A stretch of DNA of 55,727 nucleotides from Saprolegnia diclina VS20 (Eukaryota): the NCBI RefSeq assembly GCF_000281045.1, contig NW_008246149.1, positions 158,235 to 213,961 of the forward strand, in the 5' to 3' direction. The notes below the pieces were generated by a model, which saw nothing but the letters and a program-made list of their open reading frames with translations, ran no database searches and was not told where the DNA came from. Within the stretch, counting starts at the first letter, position 1. Every line of letters begins with the position of its first letter. This document shows positions 1 to 10,849 of this stretch, in pieces. The position numbers and the translations under genes were made by a program.

Positions 1-208
1 AGTCGCGCGGACCGACAAAGACGACTGTTCTTGATCGCGCCAAGTCCGCGGTTTGTTCTGTGGAAGGCGAAATGAAAAATATGAAAACGACGCGCAAAGC
101 TGGCAAGAGGCCAGCTTTGCGCACAATACATAAGAGGGTGTGCTTAAAGCAATGCAACTAGAACCTAAGCGACGGCAATGGCCGCGGAATAATATAGCGG
201 AGTGGGCA

Positions 209-751
209 CTAGACCATGACGACCGTGAAGCTCTTTAGCGTCGTCACGCTGCCCTTGAACGCTTCCATTTCGGACTTGGTGTAGAAGAGGTCCATGGCCT
301 CTTCGTCGGTGAGCGCCGGGATCTTGCGCACGCGGACTTGACCCGAGAAGGCGACATGGCGTACTCGCGGGCCCGGTGTTGCTTCAAGGTCGTCTTCGGA
401 CGGGCACGAGGGGTCGTAGGACGAGACGCTGCCCTTTGGACCGTACACGAGGTCGAGGAGCAGGAGCCCGTGGATCCACATGGCCCACGTGGCCTTCATC
501 GCGATGTTGGCGTAGAGCCAGCCGGCCTCCTTGGTCTCGACTTGGATGCCGTACGGGCGCTCGAGCCACTTAGCGCCGCGAAGGACGGTGTACCGAGTGA
601 CCTTGTGGCGGCGCTCGATGTCGTGCTGGGAGGCGGCCTCGAGGAGCTCGCCGTTGCGGAGGACCCAGAAGCGGACCTTCCAGTAGGAGAGCATGCACTT
701 CTTGGCCTTGATGTCGACGGGCGACGCGCAGAGGATGGCATCGTACTTCAT
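209..751 (-). CDS. Small PH-like domain protein with C-terminal RVxF-type motif, paralog 1 (180 aa)
   Basis: ATG at 751 (MKYDAILC) within ORF 209..847. PH-like pattern WKVRFWVL...YGIQVET...WAMWIHGL; tail RHVAFSGQVRVRKIP...LFYTKSEMEAF. Aligns by eye with ORFs at 4067 and 9569. Confidence 0.8.
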   Translation of the reverse strand: MKYDAILCASPVDIKAKKCMLSYWKVRFWVLRNGELLEAASQHDIERRHKVTRYTVLRGAKWLERPYGIQVETKEAGWLYANIAMKATWAMWIHGLLLLDLVYGPKGSVSSYDPSCPSEDDLEATPGPRVRHVAFSGQVRVRKIPALTDEEAMDLFYTKSEMEAFKGSVTTLKSFTVVMV

Positions 752-3700
752 GCTATACTGATTGCTGTGTGTCATGCACGGATGTCGACTTGGCAGATGC
801 CGGTCCCACCAGTGAGATTCGGCTCGCGTTTGTGCGTTGAGTTTCATTTTTTCATTTTATTTGCACTGGCATACAAATCGTAGGATGTTTTAAAACACTG
901 CGCCCTGATTCAGCAATTGGTGTGTGCGAATCCAGCTGCTGGGACCAAACTCAAAAAGAAAATAAATAGCGACCCAAAATTGCGTGTTTATGTAGAGTGT
1001 ACAGCGTCTTTGTATGCCGGCTTCGCGTTGGACGTAAAAGGGGACTTTTTTAATTCCACGGAAGTTCAAGGATGCACTGCGAAAAGATCCTTGGAACGCC
1101 ACGACATCGTTGACGCGCTTTTCTGAAAGGAACATGTGCGCTCTGCAGCTCAGTTGCCACTCCTATCCGCGTCCACGACGATCAACTTTCGCCCAATGCA
1201 TCATGTTTCCAAGCACGGGTTGTCTCCTCTGTAAAAAATCATCAGAGCTTCAAGTTTGAGCCCATGGCGCGTCACGCTTCCAGTTTGCATTCTCGTCGCT
1301 TCGTCGCGACTCGTACATTCGTTGGTTTGATGGATTCGTATCATGCCGTAATGTAGTGTAAACGCTGTACGCTTGCACGAAGCATAGATCGGCATGCTCC
1401 GCATGCGTGTGCGTCGCCCGCACACAAAGAAACTCATCGTAATCGACAACATCGTCGCAAATGCGTATTTCCAATGGCGTTGGCTATGCCTCGTTGCAGT
1501 AGCTGGCGTCGTAGGGCCGGCCCAATTGGCCGGCCCACGACATATCTCATTACACTTTGAAGTACAGGAGCGGAACGTCGGCTGCATCCCACACTTGAGT
1601 GCGTGTGATAGCTCGTGAGATGCACTGACGTGAGCATGCACCCAATTCTTCTTGTACCTTTACGAGTGCCAGACCTCTTACGTTCCGCCCTAGGGAGGGA
1701 TCGAACTGTAAAATTGGCATACAGCTCGTGGTGGAGCCAACGCAACGCATCTCACAACGGATCTCACTTGGCCGAAATCGCTGTATACCTCTGCCACGCG
1801 AAGGCACCTACAAGGTCTCGTAGTATTTAGTGGCCCTATCGATCGCAGAGTCGAGAGTAATGCGTTTGTGTTTGTTGGGGGCGGCTGGTCTTTACCAGAG
1901 TTGGCTCTTTTCTGCCACTGCGTGCAAAAATACCATCGACGTGAAAAATCCTTGTATGACGGACGCCCTGAGGGACCCATCAACGCACCACCCAACCCAC
2001 TCTGCCGGTTCACATCACTGAGTCTTGTGGGGTGGGATGAAAACACCGCGATTTTGCCTCGTTGTTGGTGTGTTTGGGCGCCACGATACCGCGGGTTGTC
2101 GTCAACACAACGAAATATTCTCTTTTTTTGAATTGAATACGCTTGTGCCACGTAAGCAGTCAATCATGTTTTGGGCAACATTCGCTGGCGGATCGCGACG
2201 GTGTCCCGTCCAATGCAGGGCGTTGCACATGAAAGTTGCTGCCTTCTTTGGTACGAAACCGCTTCCGCTGGCTGCGCAACTCGAGGCGTTCGGTGCCTCG
2301 TACTGCTGGTGGCGATGTCAAGCCAAGTCTTGCACGTCTCGCTCGATGACAATCGGTGGTAGGGTATCGTGCGCAGTGAGCTGTCTTTTACGACTTCGCT
2401 CGACCTTAAGCAAGTTCATTGTCGAAGGACTGTAACTTCAAGTACGCGACGCTCAATTGTGCGCTGCACTGCAAGTCACAGCGCGCTGAGTGCCGCTGCC
2501 TTGTGGCATTTTGCACTAGCGTTAAGCTTAGCGTCTAGTGGCGGCACGACATCATCGCTGTGTTTAGGTCCTGCACACCGCGTGTGACTGGCACCCGATT
2601 CAGCTACGGGCTCAAGGTTCAAGTGGACACGACAACTCTACGTCGCTTCGTGCAATGGCTCGCGCCAGAGGCGGTGAGAGCGTCTTTACCACCACACTCA
2701 GCCAAAGATAACGATGGGATGTCATTCGAAAGTTTCCGAAGTGATCCGGATCCGGATAAGTACTCCTGTCAATCTATCAAGTTAGCCCTGGGCCGAACTA
2801 TGCACTCCGTCATTTGAAAAAAGTGCCATGGCTACAAGGTCAGCTTTCTTGGTTGCAGCAAGGACCGCAACTTCTATCCCGTCGAGGCATTCGTGGGCAA
2901 CATGAATAGCACGTGGATCTGCAACGGATGCCGAATCCAGGTGAGCTGTGAACCTCGAGAGCCTTCCCGAAGCCTCGCCCGATCGCCTCGCCGAAGTCTC
3001 ACACGAACGCCGCCCCGAAGCTTTACCTGATCCAGAGCGCCGCGCCGTCGACGATCAGATCCATGATGAGTCGGACGCCATGACGGAAGGTGATGCTTCC
3101 GCGGCGGGTACGCGACCAAATGGCAATCTATGTACAGTAACTCTATCGAGCACCACCGCCAAATGCGAAGAACACTTCGCTGAATCACAAGCAGCTATGC
3201 CGCAAGCTTAGCATTCACCCATCACAAGAAGCAACCAGGCGTTGAACGAGTCCAATAAGCGCTACGAAGCTAGACTGTAGGAAATGGAGTTGACACGGGA
3301 CGAAGAGTATGCGTCGTGATGTACTGAAGCTCCTATTTGGGCAAATGCCTTGTTTTTGCATTAATAGGACGCGATTGACTCTTGCCGTCACGGAGTTCTT
3401 TATGTACATCATGCTCCACGGCTCTTTCGACACCGATTACTTTGGATCAGAATGAGTCTTCCAACGAGATAATCTGGCCGCGGTGGGCATTTCCCAACCA
3501 TCTAAATGGTTGGCTCTCGCTAACCATTTAGTTGCGTCGCGGCTTGAAAAGATGTGGTGAGCAACTAAATGGAGGACGGTACAGAACTTTCACTCGCCTT
3601 CGTGGCGTCATCGTTCCCCCACAATTTATACTAAACCGCATCGAGAATGACCAGTCGCTGCACGTACCTCCTCTAAACGTTGGAACTGTCTTCAGAAGCG

Positions 3701-4066
3701 TCGCTAGAAAGCTAGAATTTCTGTACTTTGCGCTACGCCGCCACTATGCCACTACGTTCTTAGTCTTAACTGTGTTAGTAGCGCTCGGGATCTTGCTCTC
3801 AAGAATGCAATGTCTGGTTGGGCGGTATGGTCCAATTGGCCCAATACTCTGCTGCGTGCGATGACATCGGAGGGGGTCTTCGTGATTGCACGGTTTCATG
3901 CCTGACGATCTTATCCGGTTCCATCCGGATAGGATGACGTGGCAGATGCTCATCGCTCAAACATGACTCTCACCCGTTTGTGTGAGGCGTTTGCGAGCAG
4001 AAAACACTCGTTTCCTTAATATAGTAACACTGAGTGGCGTTTATGGTAGTAAATATATTGTCTCGT

Positions 4067-4606
4067 TCAACTTCGTATTTGCTTGAAGTTAAACTGCCCC
4101 ATCAATTCCGCCATGTAACGAAAACCTTCAATCTCGACATCAGTGTAGAAGAGCTCGTGCGCTTCATCGTCCGTCATGGTTGGAATTTCTCGCACGCGAA
4201 CGCTACCGGCAAAAGAAACCAGATGCGAACTTGGCACCTCGTCATCGTCGCACGCCGTGGACGTCGAGTTGGAGCTTATCGTGGGCGTGGCACGTACCTT
4301 GATCGTTTGAAGACTCAAAAGAGCATGAATCCACTTGGCCCACTCGGCTTTGGAGCCGGCGCGAAAGTGCACCCAGCCCGCCTCCTTGGTCGCTACGCGG
4401 AAACCCATCTCATGCCCTTGCCAAGTGCAGCCTTCGATCACCGTGTACGCCTTGACGTGGTGGTGGCGGGCGTCGACGTCGGCCTTGGTCTTGGCGTTCA
4501 CGAGTAGTCGATCGCAGAGGCGCCAGTAGCTCGTGCCCCACGTCGCAATGACGAACTTCTTGGTCTTGGCTTCGAGGATCGACTCGCACACGATTGCCCC
4601 CGTCAT
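4067..4606 (-). CDS. Small PH-like domain protein with VxF tail, paralog 2 (179 aa)
   Basis: ATG at 4606 (MTGAIVCES). WGTSYWRL...GFRVATKEAGW...EWAKWIHAL; tail HLVSFAGSVRVREIP...LFYTDVEIEGF. Confidence 0.8.
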   Translation of the reverse strand: MTGAIVCESILEAKTKKFVIATWGTSYWRLCDRLLVNAKTKADVDARHHHVKAYTVIEGCTWQGHEMGFRVATKEAGWVHFRAGSKAEWAKWIHALLSLQTIKVRATPTISSNSTSTACDDDEVPSSHLVSFAGSVRVREIPTMTDDEAHELFYTDVEIEGFRYMAELMGQFNFKQIRS

Positions 4607-5236
4607 TTTGTGGTGCTGGATTGATGTTGTCTTGACGGGGGAATTGATGAAGTGATCATGTATCACACATGACATCTTTAGTCCACGGTTGGAAGTTCGA
4701 GCAGGAACTCGGAATTATCATAAAATAGAAACCAGCGTCTCTGCGAGTAAAATTTTTGAGCCGACGTCCCAGGCAATGTATGCTGACCACGGAACCAGCA
4801 AAATTAAATAGGCCCCGAGAGCGATGTTCCAGGAAGCATGTCGCAACGACCGAGGAGTCCCGTAGCCTTGTTTCTGGTGCAGCCGTGTCCAAGTGAAATG
4901 TGCGACACGGAGCATGACGAGACCGAGCGGCTACGAGTTGCCGTTACGATGGATTTGACCACCCGATCGAACCAGTGATCATAGATGACCGCTGCGTAAA
5001 TGAGGAAGAACTCCACATCACGACTGTCCGCGCAGCGTTGAACCGGCTAAACTGGGTGGGCGGAAAGAGCACTTTCATAAGATGATGATCCTGCGGACTG
5101 ACATGGATGCGACGCGTTTGAACCAACCGTGCAAGCGCCTGGGTGCGGCAAGTCCGACCTAAGCAAGCACATCGGCCCTCGAGTGAGCGAATCAGGTTTG
5201 TGCTCATGCAGCGTTCTTCGAGCTGCACACCCAACT

Positions 5237-5336
5237 NNNNNNNNNNNNNNNNNNNNNNNNNNNNNNNNNNNNNNNNNNNNNNNNNNNNNNNNNNNNNNNN
5301 NNNNNNNNNNNNNNNNNNNNNNNNNNNNNNNNNNNN
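5237..5336. other. Assembly gap (100 N)
   Basis: Run of N. Confidence 1.
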
Positions 5337-5407
5337 GCGTCAACGCACCCGCCTCCTTGCCTCGCGAGACCCGCATCTGGTGCTTTTGAGAGACAACGCG
5401 CATAGGA

Positions 5408-6820
5408 CTAGAAAGAGATGTGTTTGGGACACGGTGTCAGGGACTGGGCGGTGACGTAGTTGATCTGGTTGCGGCGGAGATCGATGAGCTCGAGCGACGG
5501 CCCGAGGCGGCGAAAGCAGTCGGCTGTGCACGCATTATAGATCGCCCGACACCCGTCGTTCTTGATGCCATTCGACTTGAGGTCGATCGTGACCAAATGC
5601 TGAAGCGCCCCCGCCAAGAAGGCGTGGGCGACGGCCTTCCCGCCGCGATCGCCGACGAGGTTGCCGGCAAAAAGAAGGTGTTGCAGCTTGGGAAGCCCGC
5701 CTTTCGAGAGCGCCTCAAAGAGATGTATGAGGGCCGTCGCGTCGAGGCTGTTGGCCCGCAAGTCGAGCCGCGTCATCTGGCCGCACGCGCCTTGCTTAAA
5801 GGCCTCGGCGAGCGATAGGACGCCCCGCAACTTGATGTCGTTCCAGGACAAGTTGAGCTCCAGAAGGCGCGGACAGGCGCCCGTGAGAAGCGACTTGCCG
5901 AGTTCGATGCACGCGGCTTCACCAATGTGATCACCTTTGCAGTCTTCGACGTGGCGAAAGCGCTTCAGGTTGACAGTGAACAGCGTCTTGAGCTTTGGGG
6001 GGGCTTTCGGGTCCGGGGGGGGCGCCAGTCGTAGAATTAGAGACGTCGCGGTTTCGAGCTGCTCCTTGGGCACGACATGGGGCGGTGTTCGGATCGCGGG
6101 CAGCATGCCGCAGTGGCGTCCGAGGGCGTCGGCCTCGTCGATACATGCTGCGAGCATGTCGTCGCGGGCCTCTTGGAGCCGACGGCTCGCGATGCTTTTG
6201 ACAAAGTCGGTGATGGGCAGCGTCGGTGCCGACGCGGTCGTAGCCAACACCGGCGTCGCTTCGGCGTGGAGAGCGCTGAGCCGGTGCAGGCGAATCTCGG
6301 ACACGACGGTCATCTTGGCATCGCGCTTTTGGTGCTGGAGATCGCAGGCAGCGATCTTTTTCGCCATCTTGCGGGCGATTTTGCGGTTGCCGCGGCGCTG
6401 GAGCTTGGTCTTCTTCTCGCGCTTCATGTCGAGCCGACGTATGGCGTCTGCGGCGGCGTCGGCTTGGCGTTTGGCGGTCTTCTCCGCTTCATACATAGTT
6501 TTAGCTTGCTCGTACGCCACGTCTTGCTTCCACTTGAGCGTCGTGTTGGTGCGCGACGCAAAGCGCGATTCGCGTGTGCCCACAAGAGCGTGTGCTGCTG
6601 CCGTCAAGCCGCGCCCGACTTGGGTGAAAATGTCCGGAGGCTCCTCTTCCGAGCTCGACGAGCTCAGATTTGAGCTCGAATCGTCGTCGTCGTCGTCGCT
6701 ACTCTCGTCGTTGTCGTCACTGTCGTCGTCATTATTGTCGTCGTCGTCGTCGTCGCTCGAGTGCCGAAGCAGTTGGCTCAGCGTCGTCTCGTCGTCGTCG
6801 TCGTCGCTGCAGGCACTCAT
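5408..6820 (-). CDS. RNI-like leucine-rich repeat protein with acidic N-terminus and coiled coil
   Basis: Single open frame; probable start MSACSDDDD at 6820. C-terminal repeats LLELNLSWNDI, MTRLDLRANSL, LQHLLFAGNLVGD, LVTIDLKSNGI, LELIDLRRNQI. Confidence 0.85.
   Translation of the reverse strand: MSACSDDDDDETTLSQLLRHSSDDDDDDNNDDDSDDNDESSDDDDDDSSSNLSSSSSEEEPPDIFTQVGRGLTAAAHALVGTRESRFASRTNTTLKWKQDVAYEQAKTMYEAEKTAKRQADAAADAIRRLDMKREKKTKLQRRGNRKIARKMAKKIAACDLQHQKRDAKMTVVSEIRLHRLSALHAEATPVLATTASAPTLPITDFVKSIASRRLQEARDDMLAACIDEADALGRHCGMLPAIRTPPHVVPKEQLETATSLILRLAPPPDPKAPPKLKTLFTVNLKRFRHVEDCKGDHIGEAACIELGKSLLTGACPRLLELNLSWNDIKLRGVLSLAEAFKQGACGQMTRLDLRANSLDATALIHLFEALSKGGLPKLQHLLFAGNLVGDRGGKAVAHAFLAGALQHLVTIDLKSNGIKNDGCRAIYNACTADCFRRLGPSLELIDLRRNQINYVTAQSLTPCPKHISF
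6680..6808. repeat. Interrupted (TCG)n trinucleotide tracts encoding poly-Asp/Ser
   Basis: Several tcgtcgtcg runs inside the LRR gene. Confidence 0.85.
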
Positions 6821-7006
6821 GGTCGTTACGCGCGCGAAACCGTCGACGTCCACGACCGTCCGTTGTCGTGCTGGCTCTATTGATAGACCGCACCAACCGC
6901 TGGCATCCAAAATAGTGTCGTACGTAACAACGGATCCAGTTTGAACGAGGGGCTTCGATTTTTCTCGCTCAATGTAGCACATCAAAAATTGCGGACTTTT
7001 GGAGAT

Positions 7007-7627
7007 ATGCCATCGCTGCCACCGCGCCTTCTATCGGTGCTCTACGCGCCGGCGCTGCCCCAAGTGCTCCACGGTACGTCGGCAGTTATTAGCCTCGGCA
7101 CCGCCGCGTTCACGGCCAACTACCTCAAGACCACGAGCTGCAACCCGTTCGTGTCGGCCATCAGCAAGACGGGGCCATTCCAGTTTCTCTTCGCCTCCGC
7201 CTTGGTCACAGCGTGTGCGAGCGTTGTATGGATGCACATGGCCCGCCGGCACCGGCAGTGGTACATGGCGAAGCGGCTGCACGTCATGTCGGCCGATGTC
7301 GTCGCGTTCGTCTTCAACATTTGCGCGGGGACTGCCGTCAACTTTTCAGCTGCCGGCCAATATGTATGTTCAAGCCGGTACGCGACCGAGCTGGACGTTA
7401 TTTGCGACGTCAACTGCGGTGCGCTCAACGGCAGCCTTATGGCCGATGGGATTCTAGTACTGCTGCTGTTGTTTTCCGTGCTCTCGACGGGCTACCAGCT
7501 CCATTTGGCCGACCGCCGCACCATGTATTTGGTGCAAACGCCCGCGACCAAGAGTATCACGTTCATGGAGACGCCGCGGTCGGACTGCATCCACTTCGAG
7601 CTCGACACGCCGACTATGGCCGTGTGA
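7007..7627 (+). CDS. Four-transmembrane protein, MARVEL/CASP-like topology (206 aa)
   Basis: ATG at 7007 (MPSLPPRLL). Four hydrophobic segments, with a Cys-containing loop (VCSS...ICDVNCG) before the last one. Confidence 0.7.
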   Translation: MPSLPPRLLSVLYAPALPQVLHGTSAVISLGTAAFTANYLKTTSCNPFVSAISKTGPFQFLFASALVTACASVVWMHMARRHRQWYMAKRLHVMSADVVAFVFNICAGTAVNFSAAGQYVCSSRYATELDVICDVNCGALNGSLMADGILVLLLLFSVLSTGYQLHLADRRTMYLVQTPATKSITFMETPRSDCIHFELDTPTMAV

Positions 7628-7688
7628 ACGCAAGTCGTCTAACGTCTGCGCGGTGTGGACGAGCGTAATGTAGCGTTATGGGTTTACT

Positions 7689-7777
7689 TGACACGCAGTT
7701 GGTAGATGACACGCAGTTGGTAGATAGGAGACAGATCGAGTACGGGGATAACTCATTTCAACAACAGATCGAGTACG
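7689..7777. repeat. Short direct repeats
   Basis: TGACACGCAGTTGGTAGA twice in tandem (7689-7724); ACAGATCGAGTACG at 7731 and 7764. Confidence 0.85.
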
Positions 7778-8018
7778 ACGATGTCGACACTGTGAAATGA
7801 TTAAATAGAAAATCGTAGTTCTTGGTACTATTCGGGTCGAGAACATCGAGAACATCTCGCCTAGCGACCTACACTAGGCGTTTGCAACGTCATTTCTCTT
7901 CCATTTCTGTCAGTGTTCAACACGAAGGCCTCGCACGTACAAACAACGAGAGGAAAGGCATCTCGATATACCGACTGGACACGATGTTCCGAGTGCTTTG
8001 CCAGCGACCTTGCACATC

Positions 8019-8118
8019 NNNNNNNNNNNNNNNNNNNNNNNNNNNNNNNNNNNNNNNNNNNNNNNNNNNNNNNNNNNNNNNNNNNNNNNNNNNNNNNNNN
8101 NNNNNNNNNNNNNNNNNN
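8019..8118. other. Assembly gap (100 N)
   Basis: Run of N. Confidence 1.
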
Positions 8119-9568
8119 ACGAGTGAATGAAGCTGTCGCCGGCGGTTCATCACTTTGTTTGGGCTCTGTGCGTGTGTTCTTGCAGCGTGTCGGGAAATAC
8201 TTGGAATCAATGCAAAACTGGAGAAGCTTTGTTCACACGCTTGTTGAGACCGCGCCGCTATATCGTACTTTTGCGTAGAAAAGCATCCACTACGTACTTG
8301 TAGCTCGGTTGCTACTACGTCGTTGAGAAACGAGCCGTGGTACCTACCAACGTAAAGGCATGGCGATGGTCGACGGCACGATGGGACGATGGTGCGTCTT
8401 TCGTAAGCCGATCTTCTCTTCTTCTCTTCTTCGCTTTTACTGGGGCTGTTTGTTAACTCCCCACAATTTATGCGGTAGTCGTCGGTTAGCAACCATGCAT
8501 GCACTCACATAGGCATTGGAATACTAATAGTCAAGCCCAATGGAGCGCAACATCGCAATCATGCATCAATCCATGGCTTCTGAGGTTGGATTTCGTCTGT
8601 AGGAAGGTTTTTCCAATTTGGTGTTTGCCGGTTTTTCGTATTGTTGAACTTTCTCTCGCACAAAGCTTGGTGCCAAGAACTATTGATTTGATATACGCAA
8701 GCTATCTGAACTACTATTCCGGTGATAACGAGTCATTGACTGTGGTGTACGGTTCCCCACCTCTGCGACCTTGTGGCTTGGTCGCTTCCGTTTACGTGCT
8801 CGTTAGAACTTCAACGGCACCCTCTCTCTTTCACGATGGCGCTCTTTACCAGTACAAGACTTGGTTAGCAATGCGAGTGCGAAACCCCAGACAAACACGG
8901 TGAGCAGTCGGACCCAAAAGCTCAAATGGACGGCCCACTGCAACAATAAGCTTATAGAGCGAGAAGGATTTTTGGTACAACGGATCTGGGTGAAGGGAAT
9001 GCATAGATGATAGAGACGTTCCGCATTGTCCATGCATTAATTGCACAAGCGTGCTCAACTGCTGCAATGCGCTACATATGTGCCAAAGGACTTAAAAAGC
9101 CTTGCACTGGATCAGACGAGATTGAGCCCTTGAGTGCACACACTGATGTATGCACTCAAGCAAGGCGGTCGTAGTGATGTCAATCAATCGCAAATTGAGA
9201 TGCAAATACTTGGAGTCTCGAGTTTTGAGTCGTGAAATCAGTGCGCGCAGCCATCTTTGGTGCAACAGAACTTCATGCAACCATATCCATACTTCGTAGT
9301 ATCCGGACAAGACACACCTTCGATGCCACTATCCGGCAGTGCGCAAGACTGCACAACTGGAGCGCACAAGCTGGCGACAGCCTTTCTATCGCTGCGTAGA
9401 GTTTGCTCGCGGGTAAAGGTTGTCGTTGAGGTCACTGCATCGAAGCATCCTCGTGATACGATACTACGACATGGCGCCACGGAAACCCATCTTCCTAGTC
9501 TCGTAGTATTATCATAAGATATTATATAAGTTAGCAATAATTCTAGACATTGTGTCACGGTATGGCTC

Positions 9569-10126
9569 TCAGTAGTGCACGCTGGCAAAACTCGTGCGCA
9601 GCTGGGTCGCCATGATTTTGAACGCGAGGAGCTCCGACTTGTTGTAAAAAAGCTCGTCGGACTCGTCGTCCGAGAGCGCGGGAATCTCCCGCACTTGCAC
9701 GTAGCCGGCAAACGAAACACGCCGCTTCGCATCCGACACGGGTTCCTGGTGGTTGGACGGCAGCGGGATCTCCGAGAGGCTTCGGTGCAGGCCGCGCTTG
9801 AGGTCCAGAAGCAAGAAGGCGTGGATCCATGCCGCCCAGAGCGACTTGGTGGACAAGCACGCGTACATGGTGCCGACTTCGATGGTCTCGATCTGCAGAC
9901 CAAAGGGCTTCTCGTCCCACTTGGTGCCTCGGACGACCGTGTACGTCTTGATGCGCTGGCCGAGCTCGACCTCGTGCTTGGTGGCACCGACGCGGAGCAT
10001 CGAGTTGGTCAACGACCAGAAGCACGGCTTCCAGAGCGGCATGAAGAAGGTGCGCGTGAGCGCCGCGATTGTCGAGGCGCAGGTGACGGGGTCGGCGACG
10101 GCTTCAGTGGTCTTGAAGGACGTCAT
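9569..10126 (-). CDS. Small PH-like domain protein with RVxF motif, paralog 3 (185 aa)
   Basis: ATG at 10126 (MTSFKTTE). WKPCFWSL...FGLQIET...WAAWIHAF; tail KRRVSFAGYVQVREIP...LFYNKSELLAF. Confidence 0.8.
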   Translation of the reverse strand: MTSFKTTEAVADPVTCASTIAALTRTFFMPLWKPCFWSLTNSMLRVGATKHEVELGQRIKTYTVVRGTKWDEKPFGLQIETIEVGTMYACLSTKSLWAAWIHAFLLLDLKRGLHRSLSEIPLPSNHQEPVSDAKRRVSFAGYVQVREIPALSDDESDELFYNKSELLAFKIMATQLRTSFASVHY

Positions 10127-10849
10127 CTTCACAACGCGGCGAATTGGATAATGACCGATCAGAAAAGGATACGTGGGTGTTGAGAAAACAGTCGAGAACA
10201 CGCGACCAGCTTCAAGGTGGCAAAGACAGACGGTCTTTGCGGTAGGGTTGGGCCAATGTTCGGTCAAACCACGCCTTGCGATTGGCGCCGCCCGCCCGAA
10301 ACCTCGAACAACGAGCGTGCGAGCGACACGCTCCGTCACGATTTCCAAGGTAAAACCCAACAGTCGGATCGGCGGAGCTCTGCTCTGGAGGCATTTATTC
10401 TCCGGTATGTCGTGCGCATATCGTATGGTACCTTCAACGTGGCACGAGCACATCACCAACATTGCACAATATCCTGAAATCCACGGGAAGGTGTTTGGAA
10501 CACACTCAAGAGCAGGAGGAACCGCTTGCGCCACAGTTGCAGTAGCCGACACAGATCATACGACCTTGCATACCTACCCATTGTCCAACTGCAACTTCAA
10601 TCATTTGTCGCTACTGACGTGTTTATGACGAATGGGCACTCGACAGCGTCGTCGTCGAATGCCAGGAGGCAGACGGTCCACAAACGGTGACTCGTATGAA
10701 TTGAACCTTCTGCTGTCAAATGGGTCACTGCGTTGTTTATGGTTTCCAGCTTGTGACGGTATCCTAGAAATCTTTGAAATGGATGGTCGAAATTTGTCAA
10801 AATGTGCGTTTCAGAGATCGCCTTTCGGTTCGCTGCATTTTCCGTGGCG

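Noticed and set aside
3495..3514. Near-palindrome CCAACCATCTAAATGGTTGG
   Set aside because: The arms are only 8-9 bp, within what chance could give in 55 kb.
890..3960. Many short intergenic ORFs (also 8120-9500, 23640-24700, 29200-29490, 37500-39750, 41800-43750, 54270-55580)
   Set aside because: No recognisable motifs and weak codon bias. They may include decayed genes or transposons that I cannot identify.
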